NCBI GenBank assembly: GCA_017992555.1
Contig: JAGOOK010000002.1
Location: 21,180-85,179 of the forward strand
Length of the DNA: 64,000 bases
Source of the DNA: Caldisericia bacterium
GTDB taxonomy: Bacteria > Caldisericota > Caldisericia > JAAYUI01
Direction of reading: 5' to 3'
Part shown: piece by piece, positions 27,750 through 37,881 of the stretch
Layout: every line of letters starts with the position of its first letter
Position numbering within the stretch: position 1 is the first letter of the stretch
Notes under the pieces: generated by a model
Database searches by the model: none
What the model saw: the letters and a program-made list of their open reading frames with translations, nothing else
Told to the model about the DNA's origin: nothing
Position numbers and translations under genes: made by a program

Positions 27750-29084
27750 ATGGGCTTTAGGTTTTCAAAATTTATTATTGCCAAAGAATTGGATGAAAAT
27801 AAATATGTTTTGATGTCTACAATATCCGGTTCCATAGTCGTAATTGATAAAAAGCTGATCGGTCTTATAAACAGTGGCAATTTACCGGAAGAAGAGAAAA
27901 TATACAAGGAATTGTCAAATGCGTTCCTGTTAGTTGACGAAAATTTTGATGAAAAATCTTTTCTGCTTAAAAAATTTTCCAGAGAAACATGGAAAAATGA
28001 TACCCTTGATGTAACGATAGCTCCATCTTTTGCGTGTAATTTTGCTTGTCCGTACTGTTATGAGGCTAGAGATGATCGCGTCATGGATGAAGGAACATTA
28101 AAAAATCTGGTCAAGTTCATTCAAAATCATTTAAAAGAGTTTGATATTGGTTATTTTGTCATGGCTTGCTATGGCGGGGAACCTCTTTTATTTTCTGACC
28201 ATTTCCAATATATCTATGAGGAAATTTCAAAAACGAATCCTTCGGTAAAGATATCTCCGAGAATGACCACCAATGGGTCGTTGCTGGGGAAAAAGCTTGG
28301 TGGATTCATGGAAGCTGTGCCATTGGAAAGGGTACAGGTGACAATACACGGGGACAAAAAGAACCATGATTCAAAAAGGTTCTACATAGATGGAAAACCA
28401 TCCTATGAAGATGTTGTGAATGGAATAGGGGAGGCAATCAATAGAAAGATCCCAAATATTGAGATCAGGGTGAATATTGATCTGGAGAATGTCGCATCAT
28501 TGGAAAACCTCTTGACGGACTTGGGTAGAAGGGGGTTTTCAAACCATGAAAATTTGCGTGTTTACGCTTATCCTGTTGTCCACATGACTCCGGAATCCCT
28601 CGGATACGAAAACAAGTGCCTGTCTATTGACAGTTACTTTGAAAAGATAACTGGAATCATTGAAATAATCAATTCTTATGGTTTTTGTGGGGGAGCTAAA
28701 CATATAAAAAAATACATAAAAAATCTTGTGTTGTCAAATCTTTGTGGTGTTGGCACAAAGGGTTTTTATACAGTATCACCCGATGGCGCAATCGGGACTT
28801 GCTGGGAATTTATTGGGAGAGAAGGTTTTGATATAGGAAATGTGAATTTCAGCGTGCCCATTGACTGCATGAAAGAAAAGGTGTGGATTGATGCAAGGAT
28901 CTCAAAGGTCAAGCGTTGCTTGGATCTTGAATGTCCTCTTGTTCCAAGTTGTGCTGGTGGATGTGTGGCACAGAGTTTTTCTGAAAGAGGAAGTTTAGGC
29001 GAACCTGCTTGTTTTAAAAAACCGGAACAGATCGCAGAATATCTTAGATTCTATGTGGATATGAGCATGAAATATCCAATCTGA
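27750..29084 (+). CDS. radical SAM enzyme with N-terminal RRE-like extension and C-terminal SPASM/twitch Cys-rich domain (peptide-modifying maturase)
   Basis: The CxxxCxxC motif (CNFACPYC) is at about residue 95 rather than the N-terminus, and the ~90-aa N-terminal region is PqqD/RRE-like. C-terminal Cys clusters are present (CGVGTKG...GTCWEF, CLDLECPLVPSCAGGCVAQ). Confidence 0.8.
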   Translation: MGFRFSKFIIAKELDENKYVLMSTISGSIVVIDKKLIGLINSGNLPEEEKIYKELSNAFLLVDENFDEKSFLLKKFSRETWKNDTLDVTIAPSFACNFACPYCYEARDDRVMDEGTLKNLVKFIQNHLKEFDIGYFVMACYGGEPLLFSDHFQYIYEEISKTNPSVKISPRMTTNGSLLGKKLGGFMEAVPLERVQVTIHGDKKNHDSKRFYIDGKPSYEDVVNGIGEAINRKIPNIEIRVNIDLENVASLENLLTDLGRRGFSNHENLRVYAYPVVHMTPESLGYENKCLSIDSYFEKITGIIEIINSYGFCGGAKHIKKYIKNLVLSNLCGVGTKGFYTVSPDGAIGTCWEFIGREGFDIGNVNFSVPIDCMKEKVWIDARISKVKRCLDLECPLVPSCAGGCVAQSFSERGSLGEPACFKKPEQIAEYLRFYVDMSMKYPI

Positions 29085-29101
29085 TTTTTATTTAATGGTT
29101 T

Positions 29102-29560
29102 TTACCCCACCTCCTCCACCTTGCCATCCTTGTGGAGCATAAGTTTGATGCCTTTGTTGATGAAGACCTCCTTGATCAGCTCGCTGTGCGGGTAGTCGTC
29201 ATGGTAATGGAGCTCTTCAAGGTTTGGAAAAGTGTTTGCAATGACTTTTGCACAGTGAAAGCACGGCAGTGTTGTGCAAAAAATCTGGGTAATGTCTTTT
29301 CTTGGCCCCTCATATCTCGAGATTGCATTGATTTCGGCGTGAATGACCGGGCATTGCCAGAGGTCTGATCCGGAAGCCAGGAGCTCCCTCTGACATGTGT
29401 CGCAGTGGGTCATTCCTGCCACAACACCGTTGTAGCCAGTGGCCTTTATGTTGCCGTCTGAATCCACCAGCATACAGCCGACCTGGCGCCTGAGACATGT
29501 TGACCTTTTGGCAACGATGTCCGTTATCATCATAAAATATGTTGGTTTGTCTGGTCTCAT
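29102..29560 (-). CDS. dCMP deaminase (ComEB-like cytidine/deoxycytidylate deaminase family)
   Basis: The zinc-binding motifs HAEINAI and PCFHCAK are present. The likely start is MRPDKPTYFMMI at 29560, whereas the track ORF begins at 29608. Confidence 0.8.
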   Translation of the reverse strand: MRPDKPTYFMMITDIVAKRSTCLRRQVGCMLVDSDGNIKATGYNGVVAGMTHCDTCQRELLASGSDLWQCPVIHAEINAISRYEGPRKDITQIFCTTLPCFHCAKVIANTFPNLEELHYHDDYPHSELIKEVFINKGIKLMLHKDGKVEEVG

Positions 29561-31206
29561 GGTTTTGCCGGATACGTTATCACTACTGTTTTGGTTGCCG
29601 CTTTCCATTCAATGGATGCGCCAAGCGCCTCTGTTATGAATCTTGTCGGTACAAATGTCGAGCCACCAATGACTTGTGGCGGAGGACTGACTGAAACCGG
29701 TTTCCCGTCTACGGATGCAGTTGTCTTGCCAATCCACATCTCTACTTTCTTGCCCTCAAGCATGTATGTGACTTTTTTGGTCTGGTCGTCCCAGCCGATG
29801 TCTGCGCCCAGGCTTTCACCAAGAAAGCGGAAAGGAACAAATGTCTTGCCGCTTATGATGACTGGCGCCTGAGGCAGGGCATTCTTTTTCTCTTCGCCAT
29901 TTACCCAGGCATTTTTGGAGCCAACCATCAGGATCACGGTGGTGTAGGCGGAGAAACTGACCTTGTATGTGAATTTTGTCTGGTTGCCACCCGGGTCAAA
30001 TACTATGACGGTGATTGTGTTGGAGCCGACCCTTAGCACTGTTTTGGCCTGGAATTTGCCATCCGGGTCAATTATTGCAAGTTCCCCGTTTACGATTATC
30101 TGGGAGTTTGGCTCGGCAACGCCAGTCACATCCAGCACCTGCGTCCTTGTGACCAGCCCATCCTTGAGGTTGACGACGGGTTTTATTGGGTTTGGCATGA
30201 CCATTATCTCGTTTGAGGCATCGGAGAGGTTGCCATTCTGGTCGACCGACTTGATTGTGTAGTAATAGATCAGGCCGTTGGTGACATTTGGATCGGTGTA
30301 TTGCGTGCCAGTGACATAGAAATCGGTTATTGCAACATCCGTATAGATTCCTGGGTTATTTGACCTGAATATGTAGTAGCCAACAACATTTGGTGATGCG
30401 ATTGGCTTCCAGAATAGGTGGGCCCTGCCATCTCCAGGGTAGCCAACGAATATTTCTGGTATGGATGGTGCAGGAGAACCAGCGATTACAGTCAGTTTGA
30501 CTGGAACTTCAATGACCGGCTGTTTTTCATCATTGGATGTCACGATGATTGTTGCGAATTGGTCGCCTGGCGGTAGACCTTTTGCCGACGCTTTTATCTG
30601 TATTCCTGTATTGTTGCCCGGGGAGACTATGCCGTTTGTTGGATTGTATGAAAGCCAATCCTTGATTGTTGTTGTGGCCACCTGGAGAATGACCGGCACC
30701 TGAACAAGGCCAGCATTTGATGCCAGAATGACGTTTCCCCTGTAAAGCTGTCCTGTGACCATCCCGTCGAGTTTGACGGTCACTGTGACAGAAACAACCG
30801 TTTTATCGATATTGCGTATAAGACATTTTATCCATTCTACATCACTTGAGGCCGTGACCTGGAGATATTGCTCCGTTGGGGCCGTGCATGTAACGGTTTG
30901 TGATACCTCGCCTTTGGGTGGCACAGTTCCGAAATCCAGGAAACTGGGATAAACCAGCATGTTCCCATCTGGCGATGCCAGAGGCTGTGTTTTTGCCTTG
31001 CTGTAGGACTTTGAGAGCGAAAACAGGAGGGAGCTGGAACCCCTGTTGAAGATGCCCATTGTGGCTGTTGCCGTTTCACCCTGCTTCGCAACGATGTTGA
31101 TTTCTTTTGGAGAAAGCTCGATCAGTTTGTCATCCTGAGAGAGGGCAGTTTGAAAACACGGCATTATTACCAGAGCACACAACAAAAAAGCTGTCAGTTT
31201 CTTCAT
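29557..31206 (-). CDS. secreted cell-surface protein with fibronectin-III-like module and two C-terminal copper-amine-oxidase-N-terminal-like (stalk) repeats
   Basis: A signal peptide is present, and the duplicated motif TFVPFRFLGESLGADIGWDDQTKKVT / TFVPTRFITEALGASIEWKAATKTVV is typical of Firmicutes wall-associated domains. Confidence 0.6.
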   Translation of the reverse strand: MKKLTAFLLCALVIMPCFQTALSQDDKLIELSPKEINIVAKQGETATATMGIFNRGSSSLLFSLSKSYSKAKTQPLASPDGNMLVYPSFLDFGTVPPKGEVSQTVTCTAPTEQYLQVTASSDVEWIKCLIRNIDKTVVSVTVTVKLDGMVTGQLYRGNVILASNAGLVQVPVILQVATTTIKDWLSYNPTNGIVSPGNNTGIQIKASAKGLPPGDQFATIIVTSNDEKQPVIEVPVKLTVIAGSPAPSIPEIFVGYPGDGRAHLFWKPIASPNVVGYYIFRSNNPGIYTDVAITDFYVTGTQYTDPNVTNGLIYYYTIKSVDQNGNLSDASNEIMVMPNPIKPVVNLKDGLVTRTQVLDVTGVAEPNSQIIVNGELAIIDPDGKFQAKTVLRVGSNTITVIVFDPGGNQTKFTYKVSFSAYTTVILMVGSKNAWVNGEEKKNALPQAPVIISGKTFVPFRFLGESLGADIGWDDQTKKVTYMLEGKKVEMWIGKTTASVDGKPVSVSPPPQVIGGSTFVPTRFITEALGASIEWKAATKTVVITYPAKP

Positions 31207-31267
31207 TTAAAGGCCACACTCCTTCCCATGCACTTCTATCACCATCTTAGGCGCTTTGGGTGCCATG

Positions 31268-32038
31268 TCAAAATCTTTCTACTTTACCTATTTCGATACC
31301 CAGCAGCTTGCTTGCGAGTTCAAAAAATTTCCCCGGATCGCCGGAGGTCCACAGACTGACCCTGCCGTTGCCTTCCAGTATGTTGTTTTGCATTATTACC
31401 CTTGCAAGCTGTTTGGCAACTGGCGGGCCAGTATCGATAATGTTGACTTTCGAGGGGAGTATTTTTCTGAGCGCACCGGCAAGGAAAGGGTAATGTGTGC
31501 ACCCAAGCACCAGCTGGTCAAAACCTGTTGTCATATACGGCAACAGTATTTCCGAGAGGCGTTCCTCAACCTCTTCGCCCTCGTATTTCCCCTGCTCTAC
31601 AAGCTCCACAAGGCCGCTTGAGGGTATCATTATTATGTCCTTGTCCTGGGCAAAGAGGTTTACAAGCTGGAGAAAACGTTCTCCAAGAGATGTTGCCTTT
31701 GTTGCCAGAACAGCTATCTTGCCGCTTTCGGTCAGTGTTGTTGCTGGTTTTACTCCTGGCTCGACACCAATGAATGGTATACTGGGAAATTCTAACCTCA
31801 GTGTAGAAATTACGTTCACGGTCGCTGTGTTGCAGGCAACCACGATGACCTTTGCGTCGAGTGAAATGAGTTTTTTTGTAATCAACCTGCTCCTCTCGAT
31901 TATGAACTCTTTTGGTTTCTCACCCCACGGGCAGTATGCCTCATCGCCAAAATAGGCATAATCGTGATTTGGGAGTATTTCTAGCGCGTTTTTGAGGATG
32001 GAGAGCCCACCAACCCCTGAATCAAAGAAACCTATCAT
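31268..32038 (-). CDS. murI: glutamate racemase
   Basis: The motifs FFDSGVGGLS and VVACNTA and the catalytic GCTHYP are present. Confidence 0.85.
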   Translation of the reverse strand: MIGFFDSGVGGLSILKNALEILPNHDYAYFGDEAYCPWGEKPKEFIIERSRLITKKLISLDAKVIVVACNTATVNVISTLRLEFPSIPFIGVEPGVKPATTLTESGKIAVLATKATSLGERFLQLVNLFAQDKDIIMIPSSGLVELVEQGKYEGEEVEERLSEILLPYMTTGFDQLVLGCTHYPFLAGALRKILPSKVNIIDTGPPVAKQLARVIMQNNILEGNGRVSLWTSGDPGKFFELASKLLGIEIGKVERF

Positions 32039-33162
32039 TTCAGGGTCCCTCCCTCACATTCCGGAACTCCGGCAGATGTTTCGACTTCATTTTCATTCTG
32101 AGGAGGTGCACAAATAGCTGGTTTCACTTTTTTGCCAAGCGCCCAGAAGGCGATCGGCAAGCCGACGAGCATGTTCAGATGGTAGTCTATTAATCTGTAA
32201 ACGAGCACGAACGGTGAAAGGTTACCGGGGTTTGCAATGAGTCCCTTGAAGAGAGCCCCGAGGCCTATTTCCACACCGCCAGAAGCACCTGGTGTTGGTA
32301 CCCAGATTGTAATCAGTTGGGATATTATTGATGTTGCAACAACAATCATCAGTGGAACATTCTCGCCAAAAGAAAGCAAAACAAAAAATGGGACGGTTTT
32401 TAGAAGAAACCATGAGACAAGGCTCGTAAAAATTGTCAGGGCAAGATAAACTTTGTTCCCCCCGAAGATCATCTTTGAAGAATTTTTCACCGAATCGAGG
32501 AACCTGTAGCCTTTTGCCATACACTCATCAACCGTGGACACTTTGACGAGTTTTCTCACCAGCCTGATTCGCGAGGCGATATTGATCAAAAAGGAAAAAA
32601 ACTTTGGATTGAGGAGTGCGGCAATGCCCATTGCGATCAGTGCTATCATCATTATCAGGGTCAAAGCGAACGTCCACCCGATAAAGCTTGACAGGTTGCT
32701 GTCAAACCCGAACAAAACTGCCACAGCTACTGCAAGGACAAGAAATATTCTTGTTGATACAGATATTATTCCTCTGGCAATTACCATTACGGTTCCCTCT
32801 GCAATAGAAAAGCCCTGATCGAGCAAGAAGTATATCTGGAAAGGTTTTCCGCCAGATGTTGCAGGTGTGACATTCGAAAAGAAGTTGCCTATAAAAAATA
32901 TCAGCATCATTCCCCAAAAGCTCGGTTTTTTCCCAAGCGTTTTGGCAAGCAGGTAAAGTTGTAGGGCCTCTGTAAAGTACGCAGAGACGTTCATTGCAAT
33001 GGCAGCAAGGATGAACCACAGATTTGTTCTGCCAAGTGATTTTAAGGCAGATCCGAAATCAAGCCCTGTTGCAAACTGCATTACAAAGAGAACGGCAATG
33101 ATTGAAAGTGCTCCTGCATAGAGCATGTAACGAATGATTTGTGCCTTTGTAATTTTTACCAT
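32035..33162 (-). CDS. UPF0104/flippase-like (MprF C-terminal-like) polytopic membrane protein, paralog A
   Basis: It has 8-10 TM helices and the motif IGNFFSNVTPATSGGKPFQIYFL. Confidence 0.55.
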   Translation of the reverse strand: MVKITKAQIIRYMLYAGALSIIAVLFVMQFATGLDFGSALKSLGRTNLWFILAAIAMNVSAYFTEALQLYLLAKTLGKKPSFWGMMLIFFIGNFFSNVTPATSGGKPFQIYFLLDQGFSIAEGTVMVIARGIISVSTRIFLVLAVAVAVLFGFDSNLSSFIGWTFALTLIMMIALIAMGIAALLNPKFFSFLINIASRIRLVRKLVKVSTVDECMAKGYRFLDSVKNSSKMIFGGNKVYLALTIFTSLVSWFLLKTVPFFVLLSFGENVPLMIVVATSIISQLITIWVPTPGASGGVEIGLGALFKGLIANPGNLSPFVLVYRLIDYHLNMLVGLPIAFWALGKKVKPAICAPPQNENEVETSAGVPECEGGTLK

Positions 33163-33234
33163 TTTTTCAACTAGAACATTATAACAAAAAAAGCCCCAAA
33201 ATCATTGGAGCTTTTTTTGTTTGATTTCCCTGCC

Positions 33235-34392
33235 TCAATTTACCTTGTGCTCTGAGGCAAGTTCTTCTTGGGCCATCTTTTCTTTTTCTTCCTCCATTTT
33301 CTGGCTTATTTGGCTGGTTAATGCTGATAAATCGGTATTACTTGTATTTTTCCCAAGCTTCTTGGACAAAAGCCTCAAAGCTATGGGTGCACCAACAAGA
33401 ACATCCATATGGTAATCCATCAGCCTGTAAATAAATACGAACAGTCCTATATTTCCGGGAGTCTGCATGGTTGATGCAAATGCAAGCATCCCGGTTTCTA
33501 TTCCTCCAACTGCACCGGGTGTTGGCACCCATGCGGTGGCGAGTTGTGAGATCACACCTATTGCAAAAATAACAAATATATTTGGGTGCTCGTTTAGGGC
33601 AAGCATGATAAAAAATGGCATGGTTTTCAGGAGCAGCCATGTCAGGATGGAATTGAAAATCGCACCAATCATCCATATCTTTTTCCCTTGAATGAGCAGC
33701 TTTGCTGATGATCTTATTTCGCCAAGGAAAAGCTCGCCTTTTTGAATAAATTGCTCGGGATCTTGTATTTTTGCCAGTTTGCGGATCCAGCGGAACCTTG
33801 AAAAGAATTTGACCAGAAACGAAAAAATATGTGGGTTTGTAATAACTATGAATCCAGCTACCACAAGGAGCGTAAAGGCTGCCAGGGTGATGTAGAAAAT
33901 CAAGTCAAATGTGAAATTAAGGTTCAACCTGAAAATTCCCAATGCTATCAGGGCTACCGTTACAAGCACATAGAGGATCCTCACCATTACGGATATGAGG
34001 CCCCTTACTGCCACCATGACCATTCCTTCTGCCACAGAGAAGCCGTCGTCCATCATAAAGTAAATCTGGAAAGGCTCACCACCCGACGTCGAAGGTGTGG
34101 CGTTTGAGAAAAAATTGCCCACAAAATAAATTTGCATCATCCGCCAGAAACCTGGTTTTTTACCTAATGCCCTGGAAAGAAACCAGAGCTGGAAAGCCTC
34201 GCAGAAAAATGATGCAACATTACAAAGTGCTGCTGCGAGTATCCACCACCAGTTTGCTTTTGAAACCGCTTCGCCCATTTTTGAGAAGTCGAAGCCAGTT
34301 GAAAATTGCATGATGATGAAGATGATTACAAAAGACATCAAACCGGCAACAACAATATATTTTGTTAGAGTTTTGGCAGTCATTTTGGCCAT
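33235..34392 (-). CDS. UPF0104/flippase-like polytopic membrane protein, paralog B
   Basis: It shares a clear paralogous motif set with 32035..33162 (VGNFFSNATPSTSGGEPFQIYFM). Confidence 0.55.
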   Translation of the reverse strand: MAKMTAKTLTKYIVVAGLMSFVIIFIIMQFSTGFDFSKMGEAVSKANWWWILAAALCNVASFFCEAFQLWFLSRALGKKPGFWRMMQIYFVGNFFSNATPSTSGGEPFQIYFMMDDGFSVAEGMVMVAVRGLISVMVRILYVLVTVALIALGIFRLNLNFTFDLIFYITLAAFTLLVVAGFIVITNPHIFSFLVKFFSRFRWIRKLAKIQDPEQFIQKGELFLGEIRSSAKLLIQGKKIWMIGAIFNSILTWLLLKTMPFFIMLALNEHPNIFVIFAIGVISQLATAWVPTPGAVGGIETGMLAFASTMQTPGNIGLFVFIYRLMDYHMDVLVGAPIALRLLSKKLGKNTSNTDLSALTSQISQKMEEEKEKMAQEELASEHKVN

Positions 34393-34410
34393 GTGTCTAG
34401 TCCTCCTGTT

Positions 34411-35445
34411 TTAGATTCTGCATTCGCCGCCGGAAGCGGAAACAATGAAGGCTTCGTCACCTGGCTGGATCATTTCATTTTGTGATGGATTTACCATCAT
34501 ATTGCCACTCCTTATGAGCGCAACCACAATCATTTCTGATTGACCATAAAGTGCCATGACGAGTTCCTCATATCGTTTCCCATGAAAAGACGCAGGGACA
34601 GATATTCTTCCAAGCGAACCGGGTGATTCGGTTTTTAGCAATATTTGCATCAATTCTGCCACACCAGGATTAGACACGGAACGCGACAAAAGGTCTCCCG
34701 CCACCCCTGACCTGACAATAATCTCGTCCACTCCTGCATGACGCAGGTATTCCGCGTCTTCCTCAAGTAAAACTTCGCAGATGACCCTGCACCTGTTTTT
34801 GGAAACCCTCTTTACTGCGAGTGCCGTAAGTATGACTTTTGAGTCGGTGTTTCTGGCGTTGATTTCAAAATCAGCCAGCACAACGGCTGCTTTTGCATGT
34901 TCTGCAGATGCTCTGTCAAGGTTTTCAAGTCTTGTTGGATCACCTTTAATGAAGTATGTATCTTGCTGGATTGAAGATGGTGGTTCAATGTCTGCCATTA
35001 CAACGATTCCTATCTGTTTTTCCTGGCATTCCCTGTAAAGGTCTCCGATGATTCTCAGGCCATTCTCGTTCCACCCCAAAATCAACACATGATCCCTAAA
35101 TCTTTCGACCTTATTCTGATTCATTCTTTTGACCACCCTTTCAATCAGGGTGCTGGCCAATGTGGCAGTGAGGCCAGCTATCATGATTATTCCGGAGAAC
35201 ATGGCAAGAATGGCTATTACTCTGCCAATTGATGTTACTGGGACAACATCTCCATATCCAACAGTGGACATCGTGACGACAGTCCACCACACTGCATCAA
35301 GGAAATTTTTTATTGAGGAACCTGGTAGCCCGCCTTCAGCTATGTAGATTGCCGAGGCAAGGATGAAAATTGGAACAATAACAATTCCCAGCCATATAAA
35401 AACCCTTTTTGTGGCTTTTTTAAGAAGGCTAGATTTTTTCGCCAC
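34411..35445 (-). CDS. MthK-like Ca-gated potassium channel (2TM pore plus RCK/TrkA-N and TrkA-C)
   Basis: The selectivity filter TVGYGD is present with RCK motifs [11 protein letters not shown] and a TrkA-C region. The start is uncertain: GTG 35445 is proposed, whereas the track ORF extends to 35619 and would overlap the upstream gene by 190 nt. Confidence 0.75.
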   Translation of the reverse strand: MAKKSSLLKKATKRVFIWLGIVIVPIFILASAIYIAEGGLPGSSIKNFLDAVWWTVVTMSTVGYGDVVPVTSIGRVIAILAMFSGIIMIAGLTATLASTLIERVVKRMNQNKVERFRDHVLILGWNENGLRIIGDLYRECQEKQIGIVVMADIEPPSSIQQDTYFIKGDPTRLENLDRASAEHAKAAVVLADFEINARNTDSKVILTALAVKRVSKNRCRVICEVLLEEDAEYLRHAGVDEIIVRSGVAGDLLSRSVSNPGVAELMQILLKTESPGSLGRISVPASFHGKRYEELVMALYGQSEMIVVALIRSGNMMVNPSQNEMIQPGDEAFIVSASGGECRI

Positions 35446-36457
35446 AGTTCGGGCAGAACTTTGCGCCTTCCGGTACAGACTGGCCGCATTTCTTGCAGTT
35501 TGACTGAAGGTTTTTCCCACAATTGGGGCAGAATTTGGTGTTTTGCTGTATGGGTTTGCCGCACTCAGGGCAGATCTCATTTGAAACCTTTGCGTCGGTT
35601 CCATTTGAGAGGTTCTCAACTATCTTGCCACCCATTACAAATCCTGCACCTATTTGAGTAGCTGCACCCATCATTCCTTCGCCGCCCTTTTCCATGCCCT
35701 TTGCGGCCTTGTATGACAGATAGGCATTCATGTCTTTTATGACGCCCATTCCAGCCCTCTCGTCTATTGCGGTTTCGACTTCTGGAGGGAGCCCTATTGA
35801 TTCAATAAATGCCGTTGGGCAGGAGAGGCCGAATTTGGCCACTTCGCTGTTTATGGATTTTGAAAGCTGGTCGCCGATTTCCTGGTAGATTTTTGGAAGA
35901 TCAAAGACGGTGATCAGTGTTTCACCGAGCATGTCGGTAAATTTTGAGGCCACGATGCCGCGCATGAAATCTTCAATCTTGCCGCGGGTCATGAAACCCT
36001 TTGTGCCTACTATTTCAGTAACAAATTTTCTTGGGTCATCCACTCTCAGGGTGTAATTACCAAATGCCCTTACCCTTACAACACCGAGCTCTTTATCGCG
36101 GAATGGTATCGAATCAGGTGTTCCGAACTTGAAGCCCGGCATCTGGACTGTAGAAATGAAAAGCACTTCTGCCCTGAAAGGAGACTTGAAGCCGTAAGGA
36201 AGGGAAAGCAGCTGGGTCAGTATGGGAATGTTCTCGGTGGAAAGCGTGTACTTGCCTGGGCCGAACATGTCGGCCACTTTGCCATTGGACATGAAGATGG
36301 CAAGCTGGCCCTCTCGAACAATGAGTTGGGCACCCATCTTGATGTCTGCAGAACCCTGCGGTGGTTCCCTGTGGAGCAGTTCGACGCCGGAGTTGTCCAG
36401 CCATTCAATTATTTCAAGAAATATCCCCACTTTGCCTCCTGAGTTGAGGGAATGCAA
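35429..36457 (-). CDS. SPFH/Band-7-like domain protein with C-terminal double zinc ribbon
   Basis: The C-terminus CPECG...CPNCG...CKKCG...CPNCG is a double zinc ribbon. An N-terminal Band_7_1-like region is present; the start is TTG 36457 or GTG 36430. Confidence 0.5.
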   Translation of the reverse strand: MHSLNSGGKVGIFLEIIEWLDNSGVELLHREPPQGSADIKMGAQLIVREGQLAIFMSNGKVADMFGPGKYTLSTENIPILTQLLSLPYGFKSPFRAEVLFISTVQMPGFKFGTPDSIPFRDKELGVVRVRAFGNYTLRVDDPRKFVTEIVGTKGFMTRGKIEDFMRGIVASKFTDMLGETLITVFDLPKIYQEIGDQLSKSINSEVAKFGLSCPTAFIESIGLPPEVETAIDERAGMGVIKDMNAYLSYKAAKGMEKGGEGMMGAATQIGAGFVMGGKIVENLSNGTDAKVSNEICPECGKPIQQNTKFCPNCGKNLQSNCKKCGQSVPEGAKFCPNCGEKI

Positions 36458-37877
36458 GAACTTCCCTTATTGAAACCTGGTCTGTTAAAAGCATAACAAT
36501 CCTGTCAATGCCTATTCCAAGTCCTCCAGTTGGCGGCATGCCAACTGCTAGTGTTTCAACAAAGTCTGTATCGGTCTGATGCGCTTCTTCATCTCCACTG
36601 CTTCTGGCTTTTTCCTGGCCCTCAAACCTGCTCAACTGGTCTTGCGGATCATTGAGTTCGGAGAAGGCGTTTCCTACCTCGTAACCTGCGATGACTGGCT
36701 GGAACCTCTCAACCCACATGGTCTCGCCTGGGATGAGCTTTGCTAGTGGCGAAAGCTCTATCGGATAATTGTAGATAAAGGTTGGATTCTTGATTTTTGG
36801 CTCGACAAGTTTCTTCAGCGTTTCGTCGCAGAAACCGCCAAAACCAGGCTTCTTTTCCATCTTGACGCCATTTTCCTGAAGGAAAGCAAATGCAAACTTT
36901 GCGTCCCTGAGTTTTTCAATCTCGACGCCAGCGTATTCCTTGAATGCCTCAGCCATTGTCAATCTTTTCCATGGCGGCGTCAGATCGATTTCCTCACCCT
37001 GGAAATTGATAACAAAGGACCCAGTGATTGTTTTTGCGACAGAAGAAACCATTCTCTCAGTGATGTCCATCATGTCGTGATAGTCTGCCCAGGCCTGGTA
37101 AAGTTCCATAATCGTGAACTCCGGGTTATGGACAAGCGATATGCCTTCATTCCTGAAAGCTTTGCCGATCTCGAATACTTTTGGCATTCCACCAACAATG
37201 AGTCTTTTGAGGTAGAGCTCCGGGGCAATCCTGAGGTAAAGGTCCATATCAAGCGCATTGTGGTGGGTCATGAATGGTTTTGCCAGTGCACCACCATAGA
37301 GCGGCTGAAGTGTCGGAGTTTCGACTTCCTCAAAACCCTCATTCCACAAAAACTCTCTTATTGCTCTGATTATCTTGGTTCTTTTGCTGAAGCGCTCCCT
37401 GACCTCCGAATTTGCAATCATGTCCAGATGGCGTTTCCTGTATCTTATTTCGGAGTCTTTCAGGCCGTGCCATTTTTCTGGTAGCCCTTCCAGCGCCTTG
37501 GTTGCCCACATGAATTCTTTTGTGTGGATGGTTACTTCGCCAGTCCTGGTTTTGAACACCGAGCCTGTCACTACAACGAGGTCGCCAACATCGAGCGCAT
37601 CTCTTATCAAGCCATAGATTTCTTCGCCTACGTCATCAACTCTGACGTAAAGCTGTATTGGGCCGGTATCATCTGCTACAACAAGGAACATGGCCTTGCC
37701 GTGGCCGCGTTGGGCAGTTATCCTGCCAGCTATTGTTACAGTCTGGTTTTCAAATTTTTCAAAACCGACCTTTACTGTCTCTGCCTCGGAAGTTGGTTTC
37801 GGGACCCTTGGCGGGTATACGTCTTTTCCGGCCTCGCGCAGCTTGGCCAGCTTCGCCATCATTGATTCATTGAACAT
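36414..37877 (-). CDS. lysS: lysyl-tRNA synthetase, class II
   Basis: It has an N-terminal OB anticodon-binding domain and class II motifs (FRNEGIS..., [13 protein letters not shown]). Confidence 0.9.
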   Translation of the reverse strand: MFNESMMAKLAKLREAGKDVYPPRVPKPTSEAETVKVGFEKFENQTVTIAGRITAQRGHGKAMFLVVADDTGPIQLYVRVDDVGEEIYGLIRDALDVGDLVVVTGSVFKTRTGEVTIHTKEFMWATKALEGLPEKWHGLKDSEIRYRKRHLDMIANSEVRERFSKRTKIIRAIREFLWNEGFEEVETPTLQPLYGGALAKPFMTHHNALDMDLYLRIAPELYLKRLIVGGMPKVFEIGKAFRNEGISLVHNPEFTIMELYQAWADYHDMMDITERMVSSVAKTITGSFVINFQGEEIDLTPPWKRLTMAEAFKEYAGVEIEKLRDAKFAFAFLQENGVKMEKKPGFGGFCDETLKKLVEPKIKNPTFIYNYPIELSPLAKLIPGETMWVERFQPVIAGYEVGNAFSELNDPQDQLSRFEGQEKARSSGDEEAHQTDTDFVETLAVGMPPTGGLGIGIDRIVMLLTDQVSIREVLAFPQLRRQSGDIS

Positions 37878-37881
37878 TGTC

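Noticed and set aside
31256-31955. + strand ORFs (121, 92 and 152 aa) opposite murI
   Set aside because: They lie antisense to a high-confidence glutamate racemase gene and are low-complexity Ser/Pro/Arg-rich shadow frames.
35445-35619. Long N-terminal extension of the K+ channel ORF given in the six-frame track
   Set aside because: It would overlap the upstream SPFH gene by about 190 nt. An in-frame GTG at 35445 gives a 17-nt overlap, and the first TM helix starts shortly after, so the shorter model was preferred but stays uncertain.
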